From Podospora anserina (lineage: Eukaryota): a DNA stretch of 64,000 nt. The DNA is taken from NCBI GenBank assembly GCA_017654855.1, contig CM030338.1, positions 2,604,001 through 2,668,000 on the forward strand. Reading direction: 5' to 3'. Position numbers and translations under genes: made by a program. Positions within the stretch are counted from its first letter, which is position 1, and each line of letters opens with the position of its first letter. Below are positions 47,701-60,634 of the stretch, piece by piece. The notes below the pieces were generated by a model. The model made no database searches. It had not been told where the DNA came from and saw only the letters and a list, made by a program, of their open reading frames with translations.

Positions 47701-48205
47701 GCAACGTTGGAACATAACTGCAAAAACTGTCAGTTAGGATCGGCGAGTTTGCTCGGTTCTCGTGATGGCAAGAAAAAGCAATCATCACACATGCACCAGA
47801 GAGGCTCAACTGCATGCTCCGTATGCATTTTGTAATGAGAATGGTGTTGAGAAAAGGTTCTGATTCGTCAGCTGTGCATCTCTGTCCCAAGACCTGTTGG
47901 ACCAACCCCCCGTGGATGCACACGGTGCCCCCTTTTTCATCCCCTTCCTCCCGTTCATGGAGAGATGGATCACAGGTGCAACGCCTCAACACAACATGCC
48001 CGTTCGTGGCAATACAATAGTGAAGAGTGAGAGAAGGAGTTTGTGTTCGCCTACACCCAGGTCCGCATCCGTCGAGCCCAACCCCGTTAAATGCATTCCA
48101 AGCGGGGAAAGGGCGTGCTGGACCTCCTGCAAGTCAGAATGGCGCCACCAAGCACACAAAGCTCCGTACTTGAGCCCAATTTCAAGACCCCGTTAACAAT
48201 CCGTC

Positions 48206-48301
48206 GGTCCGGTGGTGTAGTGGTTATCACATCGTTCTTATAGTTGAGCTTCAGCAACTCATCATATGCGAGGGTCCCGGGTTCAACCCCCGGTCGGACC
48301 A
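48206..48301 (+). tRNA. tRNA-Ile(UAU) with a 23-nt intron (48243-48265)
   Basis: Acceptor stem GGTCCGG/TCGGACC plus A73; D arm GTG-TAGTGGTTAT-CAC; anticodon arm TCGTT-CT-TAT-A[intron]A-TGCGA; T arm CCGGG-TTCAACC-CCCGG; T-runs downstream as a Pol III terminator. Layout matches the intron-containing yeast tRNA-Ile(UAU). Confidence 0.88.
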
Positions 48302-49957
48302 ACCCTTTTGCCTCCTTTTTCAAAGTGCCATTCGACTAGAGGTCGCCTGCCAATTTTATCATTGTATCCGATCCAATTTTTCCATGACGGATGTTTGGTT
48401 GTCTGGGTCTTCCCGACAAAAGAAATCGAGGGTAGAAAGGCCCGTCATCGGGCACCAATCTTTTCTAGTCCGAGTTTGCGCAAAAAGATTCTTGACATCT
48501 GGGGCACCCCTGAATTTTTGTGTACCACAGAAAAAGAACTGTTCTGTGCTACACAACTTGAAAACCTACCCTACACCGACTACCAGCTTCTCTTTTGCCA
48601 TATGTTCCCATCATGGCATGCCCCAGACGCACGCTCAAACCTCTTCTGCACCACGTGAGAAGACGGCTCAGGTCGAAACCACGAGAACAATTGGGCGGGG
48701 CGCTGCAACCGAAAAGCGTTGTTTTTCCAGCTGCCGACTTGCAGTTAGGTTGCGTTGAGTCGGCATTGGTTGGGTCATCGGGTCGTTCGTTGTCTTTCAT
48801 CGAACAAATAGAAGGGCATCGAGAGTGATGGGTTGGTTCGAATAAGCATGCTCCGCTCAAAATGCCGTCACCGGCGGATAGGAATCTCCTGCGTAGAATG
48901 GCTGTCCCCTGGTTTGCGGAGACTTTCTAGGTGCAAGTCATCTTCTAGTTCATCAGGGGGGAGCGTGGGGAGCCACAACCATGGCCACGGTAAAATTAGA
49001 CAACAAAGAGGGGGGGGCAGAGCACCTAGAAAAAGGGGCCCCTATCAAAACACACACCTGGCAGACGACACTATGAAAACAGAGGATAGAGATCCCGTTG
49101 TAGCATTTTCCCCATTTCCTAACGCGGCCTGGGAGAGGTCCTTCAGCAAGTGTTTCCCTCTCGCCAGCATCCCGCTCTTCATGCCTGCCCCCTACCATGA
49201 TGTCGCATCTTCATGCACCCCATCCCCCAAGCATGGACAAGCGTGGCCGTAATTCTAGCTTGTCTGTTTTTGAATGTCTGTGGAGCCACCAAAGGGCAGC
49301 GGTCGCTCTTTTGGCTCCATTTCTGTGATTTTATGCCGGGGCCCATTGGTCCAGGTCAGGGTTCGAACGTTCATCGCGGCGGCACCCATTCCATCCCATC
49401 CGATAACCCCCCCCCCGCCCTCCTCATCAACCCTCTCCCTGCGGTGCGCGCGCGACCATCACATCACCAGACTTTGATTATTTTCTCCCTCTTTTTCGTT
49501 TTGGGCATCGATCGCTCTTTCTCCTGCTACACAACGTCTTAAACACCGGCTCCGTCATCGCACTCTCGAAAGGAACATACCGACCGACATATAGCTGGAT
49601 TAATGCTTTAATATCGAATTTTTCACTTACCATCACATCGTCGCGACTGGCCTGCCCGTTTTTCCCGGAAGCCCCCCTGACCCATATCGACGACGCGCGA
49701 AATCAAAGTGTGGTCGCTTACATGTATTACTGAGAAAAGACGTTAGGGCCTGGATAACAAACGACGCCTCAGCGACAAACTCAACAAATGCACCCGAGTC
49801 TCGGGCGAGAAGACATAAAGTGCGTGTCCGAGACCTGAGACCTCACAAAAAGAAAAAAGGAGGGGTTGAGGTCTGGGAAGAATCTGACCAGTCTTGTCTG
49901 TCACTCTCGTTGGATGTTGGGCAGCAGCAGCGTTGACTGGCCAGGGACTTCCCGAAA

Positions 49958-52900
49958 ATGACATCGGCCACTTCAGGATTCGCTCCTGAGGCGGGCCGTG
50001 GGCCCATCCCCACCACAACCACGAACACGGGCGGCATGGCTACAGTGTACAACACAGCAACTGGGACAGAAAGCAACACTGGCAGTGATGCCAGAGACAA
50101 CGTCTTGCACGCCCATAGGCAGAGTCACAACTCGTCCAAGCTGCCGGCCTTTCGATTCGCCGACCTCAAAAGGGATCCCATCGTGCTGCCCTCGCTAATC
50201 CACAATAACAACTTGAACCATGCGGACACGGATGAGAATGATAGGGACGACAACAGCAACCCCCCTGGCGAAAATCAGCACAACCACCCGGACCTGAACG
50301 CGAGCGCACCACCCCAGCAAGCCCAAGCCCACCAAACCCACAGTATCCCTGGTTTGTTGTCGCGCGAGAACCTCCACCAAATCTCCAGCGCCCACAATCT
50401 CTCTTCCGACAAGCCCGTCGTCGCATTTGAAACACCACTGCCAGATGCGCAAAATTCAAGCTCCAACTCGACAACACAACACCAGCACCGGCACCAGCAC
50501 CAGCACCAGCCCGCCCTTACCAAGACTCGATCGCTAAAGTTTCAATTCGTGCCATCCGCTGCCACTGCAACTGCGACTGCGACTGCGACCACCATTGCGC
50601 CCGCTAACAACAGCACTACTACCACCACCTCGACTATCACCACCACCACCACCACCGCTGCGCCTGCGATTGTGACCTTCACTGCCAATTCCACCGACCC
50701 ATCCGCCGCCGGCACCAAGCGCCCAGCGTCGTTTTCCGACACCCCCAGACCGGTCGCCAGCCTGTATGCGAACAAGGCATCGCAGCTGTCCTACATCGCG
50801 ACACCTGTCACCAAACGGCGATTGACTGCCTCCGCTGCCGTGCAGGAAACATCCTCCTTTGTGCCCCGCCCGTCTCCGAGTCTCACGCGTCTGCGGCCGA
50901 CCGAGTCTGGCGACAGTAACCAAACCGCCGTGCCCGAGAGCACTACCAAGGAGTGGGCGCAAGGTCAGCGGGACTTGTTGCTGCCCAAAGAAGGCGACGA
51001 CCCAGAGGAGCCCGAAAGGAAGAAGCCGCGCCCTCCCTCGTCTTACAAACCACCGGCTCCCACCGCCGGCAGCACTGCCAGTGGACGCGCCGCCGTCCCT
51101 CCACTCCGAGGTTACCGGTCTTCGATATTCAGAAAGAGTGTGGTGATCGACATGCGCGATCGTCGGGTGGCCGAAACCGCATACGGCCAGGAATCCAACT
51201 CGAACCAGCGCGACAAGACTCTTCGTGCCCTTGAGGGCCGCACAGATGACCAATTTTCCCGTCTATCACCACAAGAAACCGGCGACATGACGACCACAAC
51301 AGACAATGACAACACGGCTGATCTCTTTCTGAGAATCGCCAGCGAGACATCCACACGAAAAGTGCCAGAGTTCAAGGGGAAGGTGGAGGACCCAAGTGCG
51401 GTGCCTGTAAGTGGCTTGCAATTAATTGACTTGATATAAGGCCATCGGCGGATTCTCCCCGACGCTTGTATCTCGGAGGTCGCGTGGGTAAACACAGCTA
51501 AGGCAAACGGGCTAACCGTGTTATCAGTCCCGCATCACCCGCATTTCGCACCGCAGGCCGCTCTCTACTGCCATCGCAACCTTCCAGGCCAATTCCCCAC
51601 CCCAGCTTGCTCGTCGTCTTTCCGACCAGCGTGAAACGACTAGATCCCGCCAGCGGGCAGAGAGCAACACAGCTCAGCAAATGACGAGGGAACTGGCCTA
51701 CCGGACGAGCGCTCGAGATAAACTCAACCCCATAATGACCTCCTCCACCACCACCACCATCACCGCTACCGAAGACCCTTCCCCTCGCACCGTGTCGATT
51801 CGCACACCACTGAAGCCCTCGGCCATCACCACCCCGAGATCGATTCAGTTCCAGGACACTCTCTCGGAAAGCGCTTCGACCTACCAGCGACGAAGGCAAT
51901 CGCTTACTGCTAACAACGAGAACCAACCGTCCAGCGCTCGGGCGCCCCAGTATAGGAGCTCCAACCTCGCCCAGTCGCGAATATATCACTCGTCTCCCTT
52001 GGTGCCGAAACCCATGATTCCCTCCAAGGATGACCCCATTCCGAGCACCGAAACCAACCAGGGCGTCGAGGGCAACGAGTCCTCCTCGTCGACGGCCGCC
52101 CCATCCACAGTGTGGGACGAGCTGGACGACCTGAAATCACGAATTAACCGGCTCGAACTCACAGGCAAAATGCCCTCGAGCTCTGGTGCTGCCATGTCCA
52201 GGAGTTCTGACGAAAACCGCCCCCCGACTGCCACGACGAATGCCACCACCATGTCAGCATCCCCCAAGCGCGGCTCCGGTGCTAGCGCCTCGCAGCCAAA
52301 CGTCAACAGCAGCTTTACCAGTAACACATCATCGAACCGGGGCGAGACTCAGCCCTTGCTGATCTCTGCTCTCAACAAGACAAAGGGTCTCGTGGGGTCC
52401 GAGGCGTTCAGTGCGATGGAATCTGCCGCCAACGATGTTTTGGCTCTCACGACAATGCTCGGTACTTCAGGCCAACCGGGGCCTATTTCTAGCGGTGCCA
52501 GTGCCATCGGATATGGCAGCAACAATGGTAGCGTTACTGACAGACAATTACGACGGAAAGCAGATGGCATCTGCAGGAGCTTGACAGAGCTCTATATTGC
52601 TCTTGCTGACGAGCTTTCTCAGAAGCAAAGCACCGGGTCCTCCAATAAGCGGGAAAGGGAGGAGGATGGGCCGGCGAGCCCGACGTCAGCGAGGAGACCG
52701 GTGGTCCTAAACACCGTTGCTGCTGCGGCTTCCAGGAGGCAAAGTGCCGCGGCGGATGCCGTCACACCACTCCCACCGAAGAGCCCGAGGGCACCGACAA
52801 GCCTGGAGGTCAAGAGGCAAAGCATTCTTGCCGCTGCTTCTGCCCCATCAGCACCCTCTGCTGCTAGCCAGAGGTACGCCGCTGTACCTGGCACGCCTGT

Positions 52901-53657
52901 GGACTCTGCCGGTGCGGGGAGGAAGTCATCCCTTCTCCTCGGCAGGGCAAGAAGAGCAGGAACGGAAGAGCCGGAGGATTCCGGCCGGCGATCATCGCTT
53001 CACCTAAGAACCCGCAGGGCAACAACTGAAGAACCGGAGGATCAGCCCCAACAACAGCAACAGCAACAACAATCAACCCCTGTCCCGAGAACGGAGGCGG
53101 GAAGGAAAACATCACTGCTGCTGAGAACAAGGAAAACAATGAACGATGTCGATGATTTGGACGGCGATTCTAGTAGATACCGCACCCCCTCCCGCGCGGT
53201 GACAGAAGTGAACTCGTCGTTTCGCTCGTCAGGAGCCGTCACCGCCTCGGCTCCTAGGGAAAGCACGAGGTCGCCGCCTGATCTGCTTGATTTGCCTAGT
53301 GCATCGTCGTCTGCGCTCCCGAGAAGGAGGTTGGTCCCTTCGAGTCTGAACGCGAGGTTGATTGTCCCTGCGGTGAGCAGCGGCTCCGGGCCGACGACGC
53401 CGATTCCGAGACGGTATCTGGAGCGGGGGACGCCGATGAGGGAGAGCAGCAGCGTGGCGAATGGGGATGCGGCGGATAGGATCATTATTGAGGAGGGGAG
53501 GAGGGGGGAGCAGAGGCAGTTTTTGCAGCTTTCGTCGGGGGGTGGGTTGGGGAGAAGTAATAGTTTGAATAGTAGGAGGAGGGAGGGGAGTGGGATTCCG
53601 ATGGTGAGGGAGTCGAGGGTTGAGTTGATGCAGGGGAGGGAGAGGGAGTATAGATGA
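49958..53657 (+). CDS. Large Ser/Thr/Arg-rich disordered protein with short conserved-looking blocks; possible Mto2/Spa18-like MTOC protein
   Basis: Exons 49958-51406 and 51528-53657 (GTAAGT..GCTAAC..CAG) join in frame. Blocks: KLPAFRFADL, DNTADLFLRIA, STAAPSTVWDELDDLKSRINRLELTGKMP and TDRQLRRKADGICRSLTELYIAL. The gene call is solid; the Mto2 identity is recalled, not verified. Confidence 0.75.
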
Positions 53658-56600
53658 GGGAAGGAGGGGGGGGTTTCTTGTTGGATTGTGGATGATGACG
53701 GTTTATGACCTTGTTTCTGGGTTTTCACGGCTTGGAGTTTTTTTTAAAAAAAAATTCTGACCGGACAATGATGACTACAGAGAGTGTTGTTGTTGTTGGA
53801 TGGGAAAGGGGGAGGGGGGCGTTTGTTTGCTTTGTAGGGGGGAGTTTTTTCAAAAGGAAGGGAGCGGAAATGCATTCCGTGAAAGAGGAGGGTGGAAAAG
53901 CAGTTTTTTTTTTTTCTACTGTGAGCCCTGTTTTTGTTCGGGCGGCGGCATGGATTGCATTATGCATGATTTATACAGATTTTTATTTTGGGGTTGAGGG
54001 GAATGAATGAAGATGGATGAAGATGGGTTTTCTTGTCATGACAGAATTTCATGATGAAGAATCGGGAGGAGGTGGAAGTTTGCGGTTTTTATTTTATTTT
54101 ATGTTAAAGAGGGCCGGGGGAGGGGGCGATGAAGATGATTCCAGCGAGAAGGAGGGGGGGTTTCTTCTTTGAAGTGTAGGTGTTGGATCAGCATATCTCA
54201 CCGCAGTCGTCTTTAAAGGACGGTTCTTACCCTGTGAGGTTTTTTATGATGGGGTGGGGGTTTTCAGGTTTTTCTTCTTTCGGATTGAGAAGAGGTTGTC
54301 ATGACTCTCCTATCCAGTGTTGTTGTTATTATTATTTTTTGTTGTTTCTTTCTGGGTAACAAGGGTAGGAAATCCAACCCATCCAAGGGGGCTAGGGGGG
54401 ATTATATCCGGATAATTGGAAGGTTGGTTGGGATAAGCGGTTGGTGCGTTTGTTTTTTGTCTTTTTACAAGGAGATGAAACACATCATCGAACATTGGGG
54501 GGAGTGTTGATGGGAGGGAGAAAAATGGAATAAGGAATCACCTAGGAACTGGAATATGGGTTATGGATTAAGGGCAAATGGGATTAAGGAATTAAGGAAA
54601 GGGGGGGCAATAATGGGATGGGAAATATGGTTTTGACGAGCGTTGGTTTTTTGCGTTCTTGGGGAGGTTTGGGGGGTTGTATATATCTTGTGTGAGAGAG
54701 AAGAATATAACCTATCAGTGGTATGGATATCTATTGGTGAGGCGTGAAACCAACTAACTGTAAATCGACTTCACTGTCGGTATCAAGATAGGCCGAGCAG
54801 TCTTGGTCGGAAAGATCAAGTTTTGCTCAGAGTCTAAACGCTGTTAGTGTCAAGCATTTAAACCCTCTTTGGAACTTTGACTTGTGTTTTACTCCTTTGA
54901 TTCTTTTTCCTTGACCATTGCCGTCCTCATCACCACCTGGAACTTCCCATCGCGAGTTCTCACAACGGCCACTGACGACAACAATACCAAGAGGAGCACC
55001 CTAGGCGATCTTCTCTCGTTTTTTGAGATAATACTGCGAGATCTCGGCGAGAAACATCCCCCTCACGGGCAGAGACGGACGAACACGAGCAATCAAAGGA
55101 AAAGGAAGCAGAATGCGAAGAGGAGAGAACGTGGATGGTTTGCAGCCGCTGTCATGTGGCGTTTGAGAAACTGCTCCTGTGATATCTGCCGACCTAAGCA
55201 GACGTCCGCCGCCTCTTCTGGGTCAAGTTCGGGGTGGTGGGTGAGTCAATTCTGGCCGTACTTGACCACATCTGAGGAGCGTCCGAAGGCGAGGGCGGTT
55301 TGCCGGTGGTATCATCCTGGTATGTTTGTATCATTTTCTGTGAATGTCCAAGGCAGGTAAGGTACGTGTTGACAGCATCGGATCCTGAGGAGGATTGACC
55401 ACGATTGGTGACCTTATCAAGGACAATCTGGCCCCGGGTATGGAGCTTTAGCATGGAGCATGTTCACGAGGAGGATCTGCAGCCTGTCGTCTGGAGCTGC
55501 TGCTGGCGATGGAGGCGCGGGTGGAGGCTTGGGGACACTGGTTGGGGGGTTGTTTTTGGGCCGGGGTACTTTCATTGGTGTATGTGCTCTGGGGGGGGGA
55601 GCACACTGTGGAGAAAAACTCTCAATGTGCTATTGTTTTTGCTTTACGTATCCGGGCATTCTACCCGAGTTTGGAGCGTGGCGTCGGGCTGGCGTGGGTC
55701 AGAGTAAGATTTGGTGAAGTCGTGACTTGGGCTGGACATCAATATCGATAAAATGTTTACCAATTGCCCGCGGATACCAGTTTCGCCCAAGGTTCCATCA
55801 ATGCCGGAGCTGAGGCGTTGAGAGGAGGTTGCTGCAGAAATTCTTTGACCATCCACATTTTGTTTCCGAGCAGAAACGTCGAGAGTGTGTTACTCTGGGC
55901 TTTAACAGTCCAACATGAACTCCAACGACTCGACAAGGGACAGCGACTGTCCAACAGATAGTGATGGCCCTATCTTCGGCCCTGTGGTAGGGTCCATATG
56001 GGTATCAGGACCCTACCTATCCCACGACATTCTTGCACCGCCAAATAGAAGAACAACCCAACAGGAAGGAGGAGGAACGGACTGAGGATACCGAGGAAGG
56101 GGAGAAGCAGCCAACTGGCGAGCAGCAATACCCGGAATGGACGTGGTTCAAGTGTGGCCTCTGTTAAAAAGATACTATACTTCTTTCAAGGTCAGGTATA
56201 CCCCAATGCCGATTTCCTGGAGTATCACCTCCGAGGCCAATCACGTAGGTCTTCTATCTTCTATTTTGAAGTGCACTCACCTAGTTACTAAATTGGTCCC
56301 AGAAAAACGCGGGTCGCTGTGGAATATTTGTTATAGATCAACAGATTCGGTGGCTCACGCTCCCTTTTTTTTTCTTTTTCTTCCGCTTCGACTTCCAAGT
56401 CGTGGAAAGGCGTTGCGGTTACGAGAATGGGGGGACTTTTGCACTGGCAAAGATTTCAGAATGTTCTTGATAGCAGAATCCCATGGTGTTTGAAAGCTCC
56501 ATCAAGCCAAACTGTCAGGACCTAGCTGCTCCCAGTGCTTCCGCTTCAAGACCATCCATTGTTGGAACCTCCCCTTCAAAACAATTTCACTAATCCAATC

Positions 56601-58725
56601 CTATTCTTATCTCGCTCCATACCCCTCCCATCAACCCCTAGACACCATCCCCAACCTAAGCACCCAACTCGCCAGCATGGCCGTTAGAGCCCCCAAGCAG
56701 CAAGTCCCCCATCCTGTTTCATGAGGCCTTTCTCTTCAATAACGCTGATAGTTAAGGCTCAGCTGAAAGCATGTCGTATATACTGGAGTAGATATTGACA
56801 AGTTAGAAACTCCGTGGCGTTCTTGAGCTGAGCCATGCCCGCCGATGAGCACATTTGCGCCCGAAACTATCCTCGCTTGATCAATGATCTCCTCTTCTCT
56901 CAATAACTCAGCCGTACCCTCAACATCATTCATTCTTCACCTTCTCCACATCCACTCCGACGGCACCAAAAAGACAAAAGCTACATGGCATCCCACCTAC
57001 ATGGCCGGCTGTATGTACTCAGACAAGCCTCACAAGCCAAAGAGCCAACCATGAAGTCTCTGTGTGACCCTGTCAGTTCTTATCTCCTGAAGACTACTGG
57101 CTGCAGGACACATCGGTCACATGACATGGCCTACACATAGTCCTGTGATATCAGTGTAGAAAAAGACAAATAGACTAGAACTTGGCATAGGCAAAGGCCT
57201 GGGGTGCAGCAGCATACCCGTCTACCCATCGTGGCCGAACTCTCCACGAGTTTGCATCGAATTAACCAATGAGCTAGGGGATGTTCACGATGAGTAATTG
57301 AGAATATATCCAGAATGTCTTGAACGTAGGAGGCCTGCCCCATTCGTGTGCGCTTCACTCGACCAGTCGGACACTCCGGCCCAGCAGTCCGGTGCGTCTG
57401 ACCTCGGCGAAGTGTGGCGTTGAATGAGGGAGGTGTCAGTGCGAGAGTGTCACGCTGGTCAAAAAAAGCAAGACACAAATCAGGCAATATGAAATGGGTT
57501 GTGGTTGCGTGGTTGACTACCCGCTTCCCCCCCTTCCCGCCTGCGAGCCACTGCAGAACGGGGTCACACAGCATATGTCTGCTCTGTGGATATGCAGAGG
57601 AACTCCTCGTCCGAGCAACTGTTTTGCCGCCGCGAGGCCTGCTTGTCTGAGCGGGGAAGGGAAAACAAGCTATTGTTCTCCTCCAACAATGGCAAGTAGA
57701 AATACGGACCGTTTTCAGGTGAGATATAAAACAGACGCCAGCCCGCATGCGGGATGCCAATTGGGTGGGTTGCAGACAGCCAGGAGAAACCCCCACAAAT
57801 TCCAGAGCCAAAGATCGGGCTGTCCTACATAAAGACAGTCTGAATTCGGGGGCCAATTGAAGGATGTAGACGGGAAACGGTTTATAAGTCGACGACAACA
57901 GAGATGGCGGTAGCTGGGTAAACCCCACGCTGACCCACTGGAACCCAAGCATCCGGGAATAGGGATGGGGCCGAGGGGCCTGTCATGTTGTTCTAGAAAA
58001 GAGCGGTGGATTAGTAGGGCTGGTCTAAACTCCACATTGTCGATGCCAACACCTACAGCTCGATGCGACGATGCCCTGCTTCTGCTGGTGAGCGAAGGGT
58101 TCCCCAGGGACGAGGGTGCTGGCAAGGGACTGGCTGCGGGGCTGCCGAGGGCTCCGAGGGACAGTGCTGCCATCTCATGCTGTTTCCCGGTGTGATATGG
58201 GTCCAGCCAGCTCATGTGTGATGCTGCTTCTGTACCGTCCTCCCAGACATAATCAATTCAGCACAGAAGGATGGGGAGAGGTTGGGGAGACGCAGTGACA
58301 AAGGGTCGGAAAGCACAAGCCAAGCTGAGCCCTGAGCTTCCAGCAGCCTGCATCATCCCCCACCTCCCCACCTCCCTTCTCGGCGACATGCCGATGGAGC
58401 TTGAGAGCTCAGGATTGGGGTCAACGTCAAAAACACCATGTGTTTGCCGTGGGGAAGGCCCAGTGGGAAGACCCGGTGGGAAGGGGAAGGGGTCGAAAGG
58501 CAGGTTTCCTACTGCAGTTTGGCGCTTGAGCACACACGGGCCCCACTGAAATAGGTGTCGGGACTGGCTGCCGATGGCCGACGTTGTGATTTTTCTGTAT
58601 GCGATTGGTAGTGTGATTGGACCACTCGAATGGCCGTTTTTTTTTTCCTTTGGAGTTGCTGATTCTTCGTTCGCTCGAAGTTCTTCGCCTCTCCAACTTC
58701 GAACCCCTCTTTTCCCTTTTCAACC

Positions 58726-58762
<37 letters not shown>

Positions 58763-59385
58763 CACCTTCCGCCCCGTGTCCTCCTTCTTCACACTCTCAT
58801 CCCATCACTTCTCACCCGGGAATGTGTTAAACCCGTTCCTGTCGGTGCATCCCATCCCGTCCTTCCACCTCACCACCCCTCTCTCTCCTGAAACCGCAGC
58901 GGAAACTGAGGTTCCAGTTGTCAATTGCGCCCCGGTCCACCGCCCGCCGCAAAAAGGTACGTGCTCCTCTCACTCTGCCCCGCCATCCGCACCAAGTCCA
59001 GGGTAGCTTGGCCATGGCGCGCCGTTTCCTCTTTCTGCCTCTGGCCTGTGTCGCCTGCTTTTCGCACAGAAAAACAGAATCGCAGCAGGTACAATACTCA
59101 AAAGCAAAAGCTCCTACCCTTGCCGCGGTAGCACCGAGAAGCCAATTCCAGAGCTTAACCATTGACTCTTCTCTCTGCTCAGTTCTCCCACCACACCACG
59201 CCTTTCCCTCCTCCGCCTCCACCCTCCACCACTTTTTTCCTCTACCAACCACGCAAATTCCAATCCCTTCTCCGACCCTGAAGTGATTTTGTCTCTTCAC
59301 ATCTCCCGCCTCCATCAACCACCCGCCATTCACGATCCATTCACCTTCCCCTCCCCTCCCCCAACCCCCTAACCCAATCCTCAAT

Positions 59386-60634
59386 ATGTCTGCCCCTCAA
59401 GACTCTGTCCCGTCCAACGGCGCCGACCTCAACGAATCCTTCGACCAGCTCAAGCTCAACGACGAGCCGCGCCTTGGTCCCGATGGAGAGCCGGCTCCCA
59501 AGACGGACGAGGAATACGCACAAACCCAGATGACCTTGCGGGCTATTGTGTCTTCGAAGGAAGCTGGGGTAATCATTGGAAAGGCTGGCAAGAATGTCGC
59601 TGATTTGCGTGATGAGACTGGCGTCAAGGCTGGCGTGAGCAAGGTTGTTCCCGGCGTCTATGACCGTGTTCTCACCATCACCGGCGGCTGCGAAGCCATC
59701 TCCAAGGCCTATGCCAAGGTTGCCTCTGCTCTGATGGAAGGCGCTCCTGCCATGGGCATGGGAGGCGTCGTCGCTGCCAATGGAACTCATCGTATGTGCT
59801 CTGCTTGATGACCATCTCTGTTCACTGCGCTAACCTGGTGGGACAACACAGCCATCAAGCTTCTTATCTCTCACAACCAGATGGGCACCGTTATTGGTAG
59901 ACAAGGTCTCAAAATCAAGCATATCCAGGATGTGTCGGGCGTGCGCATGGTTGCGCAAAAGGAAATGCTGCCGCAGTCTACCGAGCGTGTTGTCGAGGTC
60001 CAAGGCACCCCTGAGGGCATCCAGCGTGCGACTTGGGAGATTTGCAAGTGCTTGGTCGACGACTGGCAGCGCGGCCAGGGCACTGTCCTCTACAACCCTG
60101 TGGTTCGCACAGGAACTGGTGCGGGCGCGCCGGCGATGGGAGGTGCTAGCAGCTACCCCCAGGAGAGGGCCCCCTATGGCGGTTCATCCCGTGTTACACG
60201 GACCGGCAACGGCGCCGACTTTAGCAATGGCGGCCCTCGCCAGTACAACCGTCGCTCCGATTCCGATGCTGCTCAGCGCGGCCCTCCCACACACGACGAG
60301 AACGGCGAGGAAATCCAGACGCAGAACATCAGTATTCCCGCTGATATGGTTGGCTGCATCATTGGCCGTGCTGGTTCCAAGATTAGCGAGATCCGCAAGA
60401 CTTCTGGAGCTCGCATCTCGATTGCCAAGGTGGGTGCCTCTTTATCTGAGATGACAAGTGGTGTGTGCTGACCGGGGTGAACAGGCCCCTCATGACGATA
60501 CCGGTGAGCGCATGTTCACCATCATGGGTAGCGCCAAGGCCAACGAGACGGCCCTCTATCTTCTGTACGAGAACCTCGAGGCCGAGAAGATTCGTCGCCA
60601 GGAGATGCAACAATCTGGTCAGGTTTCTGCTTAG
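59386..60634 (+). CDS. rnc1: Triple KH-domain RNA-binding protein (Rnc1/Hek2/Pbp2, hnRNP K/E-like)
   Basis: Three KH GxxG loops: AGVIIGKAGKNV, MGTVIGRQGLKI and VGCIIGRAGSKI. Exons 59386-59791, 59852-60429 and 60485-60634. Probable 5'UTR intron at 58957-59182. Confidence 0.9.
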
